A stretch of DNA of 64,000 nt from an uncultured Spirochaetota bacterium (GTDB lineage Bacteria; Spirochaetota; Spirochaetia; SZUA-6; Fen-1364): positions 192,001-256,000 of the forward strand of contig CAWAHW010000004.1 of NCBI GenBank assembly GCA_963781885.1, in the 5' to 3' direction. Below are positions 12,224 to 22,357 of this stretch, piece after piece (the first letter of the stretch is position 1; every line of letters begins with the position of its first letter). Made by a program: the position numbers and the translations under genes. Under the pieces are notes generated by a model. It worked only from the letters and a program-made list of their open reading frames with translations, was not told the DNA's origin and searched no databases.

Positions 12224-12253
12224 TTGACAGAATCAGGGCTTCGTGGTTATGTG
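12224..12253 (+). promoter_or_regulatory. tRNA promoter
   Basis: TTGACA at 12224 and TGGTTATGT about 11 nt upstream of the tRNA. Confidence 0.5.
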
Positions 12254-12263
12254 AGGCTCACTT

Positions 12264-12336
12264 TCCCCTGTAGCTCAGTCGGTAGAGCGGGTGGCTGTTA
12301 ACCACTAGGTCGCTGGTTCGAGTCCGGCCGGGGGAG
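12264..12336 (+). tRNA. tRNA-Asn (GTT)
   Basis: Cloverleaf: acceptor TCCCCTG/CGGGGGA, D arm GCTCAGTCGGTAGAGC, anticodon arm GTGGCTGTTAACCAC, T loop GTTCGAGTC; CCA not encoded. Confidence 0.97.
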
Positions 12337-12338
12337 CG

Positions 12339-12376
12339 AAAGAAAGGGTCCAGCCACCGGCTGGGCCCTTTCTTTT
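12339..12376 (+). terminator. Intrinsic terminator after tRNA-Asn
   Basis: AAAGAAAGGGTCCAGCC-ACC-GGCTGGGCCCTTTCTTTT. Confidence 0.8.
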
Positions 12377-12630
12377 CCCTGGCCGGACTCGAAACGAGCG
12401 AGCGCGGCGCGATCAGCGCCGAAAAGCGCGCAGGGACGCGCGCTTCGCGCGTTCGCTGCGTGGAAGCAATTTCTACTGGGCAGTTCCGCTCGAGTCTCAA
12501 GAATCCACTTGCTCCTTCTCCCGGTTGGCAGTAGGTTCCAAATCGCCGCGCATCGAAGTCGATGAACAGGTCACCATGCTCGTTTGCCGGCCGTCACGTT
12601 TCCTGCTATTCACTCGTGTCGGGGGGGCGT

Positions 12631-13519
12631 ATGCACGTTTCTCGAATCCATGGGGCCTTGAAGAGGGCCTCTACCTTTGCGGCGCCGGCAGGAGCCGGGG
12701 CCGCGCTCGTTCTCATGCTCGGCTTTGCGGTGACGGCCTTCGGGCAGACCGTACCGGCCCCGACTGGTGCCCACGCGCCCGTTGTGCCGGACATCGTGGA
12801 GTCACAGAACGAGCTCGCCGCCTGCTTGTCGGACAACCAGATCCAGGGAGCGGCGGATGGATCCCAGACCTTCAATGGCAAGGCCGGTCGGTCAATGGAT
12901 CGCCCAGACGCAGGAAAAGTTCTCCACGCCGCTCGTGGCATTCAACGCCTCCGTCTCGCCCGACGGACAAAGTCTTGCGGTGGAGCTCGTGGGGTGCCAC
13001 CGGTCCCAGGACCAGCCGTTTCCCTTCACGATCGTCGCCGTTATTGGCCCGAACGGCCAGGTGAGCTACCTCCGCGATCAGGCGGGTACGCCATACTTCG
13101 ACGGGTTCTTCACGGGCAACTCCGAAGGTGTCTACCACCTTTTCGGATGGCTTGCGAACAGCCAGACAGTCCTCCTCTTTGCGGAGCCTTACGATCTGGG
13201 CGCGGGAGGATCGTGCGAGCCGACCGACTGGATATCATATGGCCGTGGCGGGCAGCCGGAAGCCGCCTTCCAGACCGTAAACGGCTTCACTCCCGCGAAG
13301 GGCAACGGAGTCCTTTTCTATGTTGCACCCGACGGTTGCAGCGGCGGGGAGAATGAGATTCACGAGGTACAGACTGCGACCGGCATCGACACGACAATCT
13401 ACGCTGGCCCGCAGGACGTGGGCGTCGAGATAACCGGAATTTCTGAGACGCCAGGCGGGTCCATCGTCATACGCTATCGCCCGTTTGGAGGCGACGAGCG
13501 AAAGCTCACTGTTCCCTGA
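12631..13519 (+). CDS. Secreted hypothetical protein (apparent frameshift near 12870)
   Basis: Signal-like ALVLMLGFAVTAFG in one frame; globular beta-rich sequence PVGQWIAQTQEKFST...KLTVP in another. Confidence 0.6.
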
Positions 13520-13678
13520 GCCGGCCCGCCTGGTAGAGCGACACGCGACGTCGCGCGCGCGGGCTGCGCCCGCCACTGAGCGCCGCCGCGGCGAGCCGTC
13601 CCGAAATGAAGCAAACCTTGACAGGCCTGGAATTGTGCCAGACCATAGAAAGCAGACTTGGCGGAGGAAACAGGAACC

Positions 13679-14077
13679 ATGCCGAACCCGAACGAGCTCA
13701 TCGATGACCTTATTGCCAAAACCCCGGACTGGCGCGGCAAGACTTTTTCCAAGCTTCGAAAAATCATCCACGATGCCGACCCCGAGATAACCGAGGAATG
13801 GAAATGGGTCACTGCCAACCGCCCCGGCACGCCGGTATGGGAGCACAACGGGAGTGTCTGCCACATCAACATCCTGAAAGACAAGGTGAAGCTGACACTT
13901 CACGAAGGGGCGAGCCTCGACGACCCGAAAAAGCTCTTCAACAACGGGTTTGGGGGCAACAAACTGCGGGCAATCGATATCAGTGAGGGCGACAAGCTCA
14001 ACGCAGGCGCTCTGAAGGCGCTCATCCGTGCCGGTGTTGAATATAACCTCTCCAAGGTGAAACCCAAGCGCAAGTAA
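13679..14077 (+). CDS. DUF1801 (YdhG-like) protein
   Basis: LRKIIHDADPEITEEWKW...GTPVW...GASLDDPKKLFN. Confidence 0.85.
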   Translation: MPNPNELIDDLIAKTPDWRGKTFSKLRKIIHDADPEITEEWKWVTANRPGTPVWEHNGSVCHINILKDKVKLTLHEGASLDDPKKLFNNGFGGNKLRAIDISEGDKLNAGALKALIRAGVEYNLSKVKPKRK

Positions 14078-14136
14078 GGAGGCCGCCGGGAGGGCGGCCC
14101 CGCAGCAACGTGTTGAATATCCAAATGGAGCTGATC

Positions 14137-15029
14137 ATGTGCCGATTCCGCCGCATCTCCCAGGTGCTCTCCGTCGCAGCACCCCTGGCGGCTTTCTTCG
14201 GGGTGGTTATAGCCGTCAATCCCGTCATGGCGGCCGCCGCGCCAGACAGCGTCCTGATACAGCAGGCAGCGGGGTCAACGATCTTCGACAACGGGACCGG
14301 CTTCATGTGGGGAACGACCGGCAGCTCGTTCGCAATCGCGCGCACCCAGAACAATGGAAAGACGTGGAGCAAGGACGACCTCGACGGCGTCTCCGATAAA
14401 CCTGGGCGCCCTTGCAACAGCGTCAGGCGGCCGTCTCACCACTGTCTCCGTGCACTTCGCCGATCCCGACCATGGCTGGGTTGCCTGGTCCACCGAGGAT
14501 TCGGTTTTCCATATCGCGAGCACCACGGACGGCGGGGCAAGCTGGCGGGACGCGCTGTCGCTGCAGACCGACGCCGTGTTCGACCGCGATATCTTCCCCG
14601 GGCCTGGCCGCGCCTGCCTCCTGGCGGAAATGCCGGAGGGAATGATGCACACCACGATGGTGACGATAGCCACGGACGACAACGGCGTCACGTGGACTCC
14701 CAGCGTGCTCTCCCACGGCGATGGTGTGCACGATTGGACGTTCCGCAGCGCGACAGACGGCTTCCTTTCGGTCGACTACCCCTCCGGGGTGAGCATCCTT
14801 TTCTACCAAACGACGGACGGCGGCAAAAGCTGGAAGAGTGTCGATCTTCCCCTTCCGCCCGATGTCACGACCGAAGGGGTCTGGGGCACATCCCCCGGGC
14901 AAGCCCGTTTTTTCGGGCCCGCAACAACTGACCGGCATGATGACGGTGGAGGTCGATCTTCCGAAAGGCGAGGCGAACGTGGTGTACCGCACCACCGACG
15001 GCGGGAATACGTGGACCTACTCGAAATAG
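14137..15029 (+). CDS. Secreted BNR/Asp-box repeat (YCF48-like) protein, two apparent frameshifts; start uncertain
   Basis: Five Asp-box-like repeats (TQNNGKTW, TTDGGASW, TDDNGVTW, TTDGGKSW, TTDGGNTW) spread over three frames. Confidence 0.7.
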
Positions 15030-15038
15030 GGGAGACTA

Positions 15039-15076
15039 TTGTTATATAACAAGCTATATATGGCTTGTTATATAAT
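15039..15076. promoter_or_regulatory. Tandem palindromic operator boxes (GntR/HutC-like)
   Basis: Perfect palindrome TTGTTATATAACAA (15039-52) and near copy TTGTTATATAAT (15065-76) in an AT-rich island. Confidence 0.55.
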
Positions 15077-15444
15077 GCTTTATTAATGAATTGTTAATCT
15101 CCCGTTTATGGCGCCCAACATACCGTTCATATAAGCTGCTCAACTAACGGAAAGGCGGCTTGATTGTCCGCGTGCAGTGGCATTCCAAGCGAGGGTCATG
15201 GGGTCGGGGTATCTTCATTCACGTCCTCCCTTTCCGTTGGAGTGATTAGGTTGCCGCGGGATTCACCCTCGCTGCAGCTCCATCCGTGACCCTCACTTGA
15301 TATGCCATGGCATGGATCGTCGTCAAAGCCACATGAAGACGGCGCTCGCCAAATACTTGGTCACAACACGACGGCCGGTGGCTGTCGTGTCTAGAATGAG
15401 GAGCCGTTGGCTCCAGATTCGACGTAGTACAAGGGAGGAAGGGA

Positions 15445-16548
15445 ATGAAAAGAACTCTGTTGTTTGGGCTTATGGCTCTGGCTCTCCTCGCCGTTGCGCT
15501 CCCCGCAATGGCAGCTCCATCGACTCTCGGGGTTGCGGGCGAAGTGACGTACGGCGTCATCGGCACCGGCACGACCGCAGCAGATGGTTTCGGCAATGCG
15601 CAAATGACTCTTACCGCAACTGTCGATCCCAACAACATGGCATCGCTGCAGCTTTACGCAAACACCCTGACTGCCACTGAGAACGGCTCCACCATGGGCA
15701 TCCCTGTTGTCAACGATTTCTACTGGCAGTCGAATATCGGCGGCATACTCGGTCTGGACGCCAAGGTTGTCGACCCGGTCCTCTCGGTGGGATATGGCGT
15801 TTACGATCTTCCTGACTTCAACCTGACCCAGTCCGGCCCTGAAGGCATCGCGGCACTCGGCGTCGACAGCGGCAATGCGGACGGCATGTTCGGTGGTGAA
15901 ATCGGACATGGATTTGGCCTGGCTGCTTTGAACACCAGCATCCTGGGGATGTTCAACGTCGTCCTGGCAGCATCTGGAACGGCTTTCACAACGGCAACGC
16001 CCGAAGCTCTGGCTGGCGTTTATGGCACGGTCGGACCTGTCAGCTTCGAAGCTGGGTGGGCCGCAAAGGGAACCACAGCTGGTTACATTCCCATCGGCGT
16101 CAAGGCAAATCTTGCGATGGGGGACATCGGTCTTGCAGCCATGGGCAGCTACGTTGTCAATCTGAACGCGGGCGGCGTGTCCAACTGGGCAGGCGGCCTC
16201 CAGGCAAGCTACAAGAGCAGCTACACGGTTGACTTTGCCTTGGTTTCCACCGAACCCAAGTGGGCCACCGCCGGGATCATCGAAGGCACGGGAGATGTCA
16301 TTCTTACCTTCGCACCGAACTTCGGAGTCATCGGCACGGCATGGCTGAACCTCGCTACTAACGCAGCGGCGCTGTTCGATACCTTCGAAGCTTCCGTTTG
16401 GTACTCGTTCGGCCCTGCCAAGATTCGTGTTGGCTACCTCTACACGACCGCGACGGGGAACACACTCGGAAATCCTGACCTGAACGCACCGGCGGCTAAT
16501 GGCGCCAATGGCGGCGGCGTATTCGCTACTGCCGACATGTCCTTCTAG
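15445..16548 (+). CDS. Putative outer-membrane beta-barrel (porin-like) protein
   Basis: Signal peptide ending AMA, alternating amphipathic strands, C-terminal VFATADMSF with terminal Phe, GGAGG RBS. Confidence 0.75.
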   Translation: MKRTLLFGLMALALLAVALPAMAAPSTLGVAGEVTYGVIGTGTTAADGFGNAQMTLTATVDPNNMASLQLYANTLTATENGSTMGIPVVNDFYWQSNIGGILGLDAKVVDPVLSVGYGVYDLPDFNLTQSGPEGIAALGVDSGNADGMFGGEIGHGFGLAALNTSILGMFNVVLAASGTAFTTATPEALAGVYGTVGPVSFEAGWAAKGTTAGYIPIGVKANLAMGDIGLAAMGSYVVNLNAGGVSNWAGGLQASYKSSYTVDFALVSTEPKWATAGIIEGTGDVILTFAPNFGVIGTAWLNLATNAAALFDTFEASVWYSFGPAKIRVGYLYTTATGNTLGNPDLNAPAANGANGGGVFATADMSF

Positions 16549-16570
16549 AACGTACTCCTTTCTGACTATC

Positions 16571-16604
16571 AAAACGGCCCTTCTTCCAAAGGGCCGTTTT
16601 TTTT
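16571..16604 (+). terminator. Intrinsic terminator
   Basis: AAAACGGCCCTT-CTTCCA-AAGGGCCGTTTTTTTT. Confidence 0.85.
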
Positions 16605-16692
16605 CGGGGCTCACCAGCTTTGTGGCGATGAAGCTGCTCACAATGCTTGACAGGCCCTTCCCTCCGATTCACTATTCCGTGAAGCGCCCCCG

Positions 16693-18462
16693 ATGAAACA
16701 CAACACATCATCGCCTCTGGTCATTGCAGTCTTCGTTACGGCGCTGGCAATGTTGGCGGGGGCGACTTTCATCAACACCCGGATTACCCTGCGTCACATA
16801 GACGTCGACAGGCTCTATGTCGCGAGCCGCGCCCGACTCACTTCGATCCAGGAGCTTAAATCGATCGTGCTCACGGCCGTGATCGCGGAAAGAAACTTCA
16901 TCCTCAGCGGGAACGATCAGGATCTCCAGCCGTACGAACAGGCAAAGGCGGATGCGCGGGTGCAGGTTGAAAAAATCGACCCCCTGATCGACGATGCTTC
17001 CCCTCAACAGTCGGACCTCGACGAATTACGAAGCCTTTTTCAGGAAAAATTCGCCGCCCTTGACGAGATGATCGCCATGCGGCGGGCTCATGGGATCGGG
17101 CGCGAGGTGACGAGCATCCTCGTGGACAGAAGCATACCGCTTCTCACCAAGATCGATGCCGCGGAAGGCATCATGCAGAACGCTGAGGCAGCAACGCTCC
17201 AGCAACTGGAGAATCGTTCGTCGGACAGCGTTTATCTGTCCCTTGCCGTCTCATCCGGCGGCAGCGCCCTTGCTTTGCTGCTCCTTGTACTCGCCTTCGT
17301 CATGCTGGAACGGGAAATCGTGCGGCGACGCGTCACCGAAGCGGGCCTTGTCGAGGCAAAACAGGTCGCCGATGCCGCGAATCGGGCGAAAAGCGAATTC
17401 CTGGCCAATATGAGTCACGAGATCAGGACCCCCATGAACGCGATCTTGGGTTTTGCCGAGCTCTTGGGGGAATCGGCTTCGGCGGGCATCAAGGACAAGA
17501 GCAACATCGACGGGATCAAAACGGCGGGAAAAAGCCTCATGATCATCATCAACGACATCCTGGATCTCTCCAAGATCGAGGCGGGCCGCCTGGATATTCG
17601 GCTCGAGCCGGTGAGCCTCCCGAGCCTGCTGCGCGACGTGGAGCGGATCTTCTCCGTGGCGGCGGCACGAAAGAAGCTCGATTTCCGCCTTACAATCGCC
17701 CGTGGGATACCCGATGTCCTCCGCCTCGACGAGGTGAGATTGCGCCAGGTGCTCTTCAATCTGCTGGGGAATGCCATGAAATTCACGGACAAGGGTTCGG
17801 TCGGCGTCGCCGTCACAATGACGGGTCAGGTCTTACCGGCCAACCTCATCGACCTGGAAATCGATGTGATCGATACGGGCATCGGCATCGCCGCCGCCGA
17901 CCAAGAGGCGATCTTCGAGCCTTTTCGCCAGGCGTTCCAGGGAGAGCGCCGATTCGGCGGAACGGGTCTCGGGCTTGCGATCAGCCGCAGGCTCGTGGCG
18001 GCGATGGGTGGATCGCTCTCGGTGCGGAGCGAGATCGGTCGAGGCTCCCTGTTCCGCGTCCGTCTTCCGGGGGTACAGGCGGCCGTGGGAATCGAGCCCG
18101 GCGCGGGAGGCGGCGGTCCCGCTCAAATCCCCCCTGAGAGCGCGATCCCTGTTCCCTCCGTTGCCCCCCTCATTCTCCTTTTCATCGAGCAGACGAGGAA
18201 AGCCGGTCCGCTCCGCGATGCCATCGGTTCCGCCATGCGCGAGGAAATTCTTCCTGAGCACAAGAGGCTGAAGATCACCCTCGAGGTCAAGGCCGTCCGC
18301 GCATGGTGCCTCCGGCTGCAAGAGCTCTCTGGCTCATGGGGATGCCCTGCTCTGGCGGATTTCGCCAGCACGCTCGAATCGTACGCCGACAGTTATCAGA
18401 TCAACGAGATCGTCGGGTGTCTTCGAGAATTCAACGCCGTCCTCGAGGAGTTCACGCCATGA
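16693..18462 (+). CDS. CHASE3 sensor histidine kinase with C-terminal HPt-like helical tail
   Basis: Two TMs around a CHASE3-like domain (ERNFILSG), H-box FLANMSHEIRTP, N/G1/F/G2 boxes. Confidence 0.9.
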   Translation: MKHNTSSPLVIAVFVTALAMLAGATFINTRITLRHIDVDRLYVASRARLTSIQELKSIVLTAVIAERNFILSGNDQDLQPYEQAKADARVQVEKIDPLIDDASPQQSDLDELRSLFQEKFAALDEMIAMRRAHGIGREVTSILVDRSIPLLTKIDAAEGIMQNAEAATLQQLENRSSDSVYLSLAVSSGGSALALLLLVLAFVMLEREIVRRRVTEAGLVEAKQVADAANRAKSEFLANMSHEIRTPMNAILGFAELLGESASAGIKDKSNIDGIKTAGKSLMIIINDILDLSKIEAGRLDIRLEPVSLPSLLRDVERIFSVAAARKKLDFRLTIARGIPDVLRLDEVRLRQVLFNLLGNAMKFTDKGSVGVAVTMTGQVLPANLIDLEIDVIDTGIGIAAADQEAIFEPFRQAFQGERRFGGTGLGLAISRRLVAAMGGSLSVRSEIGRGSLFRVRLPGVQAAVGIEPGAGGGGPAQIPPESAIPVPSVAPLILLFIEQTRKAGPLRDAIGSAMREEILPEHKRLKITLEVKAVRAWCLRLQELSGSWGCPALADFASTLESYADSYQINEIVGCLREFNAVLEEFTP

Positions 18463-19607
18463 TCGAGGCCGCCACAGAGGTCTTCCCCCACGCCACGGAA
18501 TTCCGCGTCCTCATCGTGGATGACGTGCCCGACAACCTCAAGATCATCGGTGGCATCCTCGATGGGAAGGGAGTCGATCTCAGCTTCGCGACCAGCGGCG
18601 CCCAGGCCTTGGAGAGCGCCCAGGTCACCCATCCCGACCTTGTCCTCCTCGACGTGGCGATGCCCGAGATGGACGGCTACGAAGTGGCGCGGAGGTTCAA
18701 GACGACCGACGGCCTCTCCGACATCGCGGTGATTTTCATCACGGCGCGCGCCCATTCTCAGGATGTTCTGGACGGTTTCCGCGCCGGCGCGGCCGACTAC
18801 ATCACAAAACCGTTCAACGCGGCCGAGCTTCTGGCGCGCGTCTTTACACACCTCGAGCTCAAGAAATCGCGGGATACCATTCGTCACCAGAACGAGGGCC
18901 TGCGCGCATCCAACGCCGCCAAGGACAGGCTCCTTTCCATCATTGCCCATGATTTGAAAAACCCATTGCATGGGCTCATCGGCATTTCCGAGCTGCTGCT
19001 CGATATGGGTGACGGCATGGATGGCGCCTTGCGGAAGGGACACCTGACTTCCCTGAACGCAACGGCCCGACAAATGGCAAAATCCCTTCGTGAGCTTCTG
19101 GATTGGGCCAAAGTGCAGAGCGGCGCCATTGAATGGAAACCGGAAGAGTTCATGCTGGCATTCATCGTTGAAGAATCGATCCTCCTCATGCAGAGCGCGG
19201 CAACCGCAAAGGAGGTCGCCGTGACGAACCGCATCGCGAGCGAGGAAAAGGTATTCGCTGATCCAATCATGATCCTCACGGTTGTCCGCAATCTCCTGCA
19301 AAACGCGATCAAGTATTCCAGACGCGGTGGCGAAGTCACCATTTCCGCTGAGAATGTCGTTGATGACAGCGTTCGGATCATGGTCGGCGACACGGGTATA
19401 GGCATGCATCCCGCCCTCGTCACCTCCCTCCTCAAGAATGATTCGCTTGCGTCGCGACCGGGGACCGAAGGCGAGCTGGGGACTGGACTCGGACTCAAGT
19501 TCTGTTGGGAGTTCCTATCGACGCATAGAACCACCCTCCAAGTGAAAAGCGAAGAGGGAAAAGGGACGACGTTCTCATTCGTGCTGCCTCGCAGGAAAAA
19601 AGAATAG
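18459..19607 (+). CDS. Hybrid response regulator / histidine kinase (REC-HisKA-HATPase)
   Basis: VLIVDD...LLDVAMP...KP receiver, H-box AHDLKNP, GTGLGL; ATGA overlap with upstream kinase. Confidence 0.9.
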   Translation: MIEAATEVFPHATEFRVLIVDDVPDNLKIIGGILDGKGVDLSFATSGAQALESAQVTHPDLVLLDVAMPEMDGYEVARRFKTTDGLSDIAVIFITARAHSQDVLDGFRAGAADYITKPFNAAELLARVFTHLELKKSRDTIRHQNEGLRASNAAKDRLLSIIAHDLKNPLHGLIGISELLLDMGDGMDGALRKGHLTSLNATARQMAKSLRELLDWAKVQSGAIEWKPEEFMLAFIVEESILLMQSAATAKEVAVTNRIASEEKVFADPIMILTVVRNLLQNAIKYSRRGGEVTISAENVVDDSVRIMVGDTGIGMHPALVTSLLKNDSLASRPGTEGELGTGLGLKFCWEFLSTHRTTLQVKSEEGKGTTFSFVLPRRKKE

Positions 19608-19652
19608 ATTCGGATCCGCCTTCGCGCGGCTGCCGGTTCAGCGCCCTGCTGT

Positions 19653-20771
19653 CTACTCCACCTCGTCGGGCCTGACCTCCTCCCCGGTGGCCGCGGACTG
19701 AAGAGCCGCCAGGGTGAACTGGAGGACTGCCTTGCCTGCGGGGCCGTCCAGCTTGGGTTTCCCGCGGCCATGAAGCGCATCGATGAGATTGTGGGTCGCG
19801 GCAATGAACCCATCGTGCCATTCCTCTCCCTCAACGGGTATGGCCTTTGTCTCTCCACCCTTGAACAGCATGAGCGCGGGAAGGTCAACGGTCCTTGCCG
19901 TGTAGCGATTGATGAAGATGATGCCCTTTTCACCGATCACTTCGATGCGATCGTCGTCCGTGTAGTACTGGGAATTGATGCACATCTTCGGCGTGTACTC
20001 CACGTCCAGGAATCCATAGCGACGCGCTGCCTTGTACTGGAACATGATCGCGGCCGGCGCATCGATCCGCACGGTGCCGGCCGTGTCCTTGACCGCGGTT
20101 CCATCGATCCAGGCAAAGACCTTTTCCACGGGCCCTCCCAGGAAGTACCCCACGGAGAAAAGGTGGTAGCCGTGATCGAACACCAGCGGCCCGCCGCCGC
20201 ACTGCTTCTTGTTGAAGCGCCAGAGCCATGCGCTGAGAGGCACTTTCCATCCCGTGTTTTCCGTTCCCGTATTCACGTGCATCCGCACGGCGCGGACTTC
20301 TCCGATCTCCCCGGCGTCGATCATCTCCTTTGCGCGGACCGCGGGGGCGTAGCAGGCGAAGGTCTCGAAGACCCGGAGCACGACTCCGGCCTTGCGTGCC
20401 GCGTCGATCATCTCATCCGCTTCCGCGGCGGACAGCGCCATGGGCTTCTGCACGGAGACGTGCTTGCCCGCCCGGCAGGCCGCCACGCTCATGGAGCAGT
20501 GCAGGTGGTGCGGTGTCAGCAGCTCCACCACGTCCACCTCCGGGTCCCGCAGCACCTGTTCGTAGTCGGTGTAGACCCTGTCCACGCCCCATGCCTTTGC
20601 CTTTTCCGCGGCATGTGCCCGGCTCGTGTCGCACACCGCCATTATTTTCGCGTCCTCCCTCCCCTGGTAACCGAGCCGATGCAGGTCCGAGATCCTTCCA
20701 CACCCGACAATGGCAACGCCCAGTGGCTTGGTTCGCGTCGAAAGCCTGGAAACTCTGACTGCAGTGGCCAT
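19653..20771 (-). CDS. Gfo/Idh/MocA-family oxidoreductase
   Basis: GCGRIS, TPHHLH, GKHVSVQKP, GGPLVFDHGYH. Confidence 0.9.
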   Translation of the reverse strand: MATAVRVSRLSTRTKPLGVAIVGCGRISDLHRLGYQGREDAKIMAVCDTSRAHAAEKAKAWGVDRVYTDYEQVLRDPEVDVVELLTPHHLHCSMSVAACRAGKHVSVQKPMALSAAEADEMIDAARKAGVVLRVFETFACYAPAVRAKEMIDAGEIGEVRAVRMHVNTGTENTGWKVPLSAWLWRFNKKQCGGGPLVFDHGYHLFSVGYFLGGPVEKVFAWIDGTAVKDTAGTVRIDAPAAIMFQYKAARRYGFLDVEYTPKMCINSQYYTDDDRIEVIGEKGIIFINRYTARTVDLPALMLFKGGETKAIPVEGEEWHDGFIAATHNLIDALHGRGKPKLDGPAGKAVLQFTLAALQSAATGEEVRPDEVE

Positions 20772-20774
20772 GGT

Positions 20775-21407
20775 CTACTCCTTTGAAATGGATCGAACTG
20801 AAGACTCCAGTCGCGGGTCCGCGCCAAGAGAGGCGCGAAGCACGGGAAAAAAAGCGGGGAAAGTAAGCGCCGGACGGACGACCTCCGCGGGAAGGGACGT
20901 CACGATGTCGGCCATGGCGCGGTGGGTGATTCCCGAGACTTCCTTCAACAATGCTCTGCCGCGGCGCTGCGGCTCTGCACGGCCGGCGGGATAACCCGCA
21001 CCGGCATCTGCCGTGAAAAGGTTGTCGAAGATGAGCCTCAGGTTGATGTCGCCTGCCCAGCCATATCCCTGATTCAGGGCAAGAGAGACGCAATTGCCCG
21101 CGTTGATGCGGGAAAAAAGCCACGCATCCAGGGGAGAGAGCAAATGGCCGCAGCAGACGCCGGGGTATTGCATGACTGAGTTCATATAGCCGATCCCGGT
21201 TCCGCAGCCGCCGATCACGAAGTCCACGGCGCCCAGATGCAGGAGCAGGGCGGACATCAGGCCCGTGTGGACATAGAGAAGCTCGGGCGACTGGCCGCTC
21301 TGCGTGTTCCCAAGGTTCAGGACCTCCAGCCCCCGGCCTTCCAGCGCCTTCACAATGTCCGCGTTCCTGTCGGCAGCGCTCGTTTCGTTGATGACGGCGA
21401 CTCTCAT
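20775..21407 (-). CDS. RpiB/LacAB-family aldose-ketose isomerase (long DhuI/SqwI-like type)
   Basis: INETSAADRN N-terminus, GGCGTGIG catalytic loop, C-terminal extension GYGWAG. Confidence 0.8.
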   Translation of the reverse strand: MRVAVINETSAADRNADIVKALEGRGLEVLNLGNTQSGQSPELLYVHTGLMSALLLHLGAVDFVIGGCGTGIGYMNSVMQYPGVCCGHLLSPLDAWLFSRINAGNCVSLALNQGYGWAGDINLRLIFDNLFTADAGAGYPAGRAEPQRRGRALLKEVSGITHRAMADIVTSLPAEVVRPALTFPAFFPVLRASLGADPRLESSVRSISKE

Positions 21408-22357
21408 GACCGGCTCCCCTTCCTCCTGTCCATGGCGCGGCGCGCCGAAACGGCGATCTGCTCAATGGACAAGCCGCAGGCATCCATGAGCGTGTCCAGA
21501 TTGCGCCCGGTCGGGCAGAAGACGTCCTGGATTCCCACCCGTTCGACCGGAACGGGAACGGAGGCGGCAAGCGCTTCCGTCACCGCGCCGCCCAGGCCGC
21601 CGATGATCGAATGCTCCTCCGCGGTCACGATCGCTCCCGTTTCCTCCGCGGCACGGATGATCAGCGCCTGGTCCAGCGGCTTCAGCGTGTGCAGCTCCAG
21701 GACGCGCGCCTGGATGCCCGCGCGGCCAAGCAGGTCCGCCGCCGCGAGGCAGCGCCCGGTCATGGCGCCCGTGGCAATCAAGGTGACGTCCCCGCCGTCG
21801 CGCAGGCAGAGCCCCGCGCCGATTCGAAGCGGCGTGCCCGGCCTGTAGACCGGCAAGGCGGGGGCGCGGCTGATCCGCAGGTAGACCGGACCGTCGTGTT
21901 CCGCGGCCAGTGGTACAAAGGCCGCTGCTTCCTGCGCGTCCGCGGGAACGATGACGGTCATGTTGGGCAGCGCCCGCATGTTCGCCAGGTCCGTGATGGA
22001 ATAGTGCGTTGCCCCGTCCTTGAAATCGGAAATGCCGGCGTAGCTTGCGGCGATCTTGACGTTGGTCCTTGCATAGCAGACGCACGTCCGCACCTGCTCC
22101 AGCGCGCGAAGGGAAAGAAGGGAGGCAAATCCGTTCGCGAACGGAATGAAGCCCCCCAGCGCCAGGCCTGCCGCCACGTCGATCATGCAGGGCTCCGCGA
22201 TCCCAATATTGAGAAATCGATCGGGGTGGCGCACCGCGAAGAACTTCGAAAGCGTCGAGGCCGACGTGTCCACGTCCAGGGCCACGACCTTCGGGTTGCC
22301 GTCCGCGTATTCGGCAAGCGCCTTCCCGTATGACTCGCGCATGGAAGGCTCAGGCAT
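21404..22357 (-). CDS. Transketolase, C-terminal subunit
   Basis: GIAEPCM, DGATH, EEHSIIGGLG. Confidence 0.9.
   Translation of the reverse strand: MPEPSMRESYGKALAEYADGNPKVVALDVDTSASTLSKFFAVRHPDRFLNIGIAEPCMIDVAAGLALGGFIPFANGFASLLSLRALEQVRTCVCYARTNVKIAASYAGISDFKDGATHYSITDLANMRALPNMTVIVPADAQEAAAFVPLAAEHDGPVYLRISRAPALPVYRPGTPLRIGAGLCLRDGGDVTLIATGAMTGRCLAAADLLGRAGIQARVLELHTLKPLDQALIIRAAEETGAIVTAEEHSIIGGLGGAVTEALAASVPVPVERVGIQDVFCPTGRNLDTLMDACGLSIEQIAVSARRAMDRRKGSRS

Noticed and set aside
13520-13610. GC-rich intergenic hairpins as attC or ncRNA
   Set aside because: No AAC/GTT core pairing; indistinguishable from background GC-rich structure
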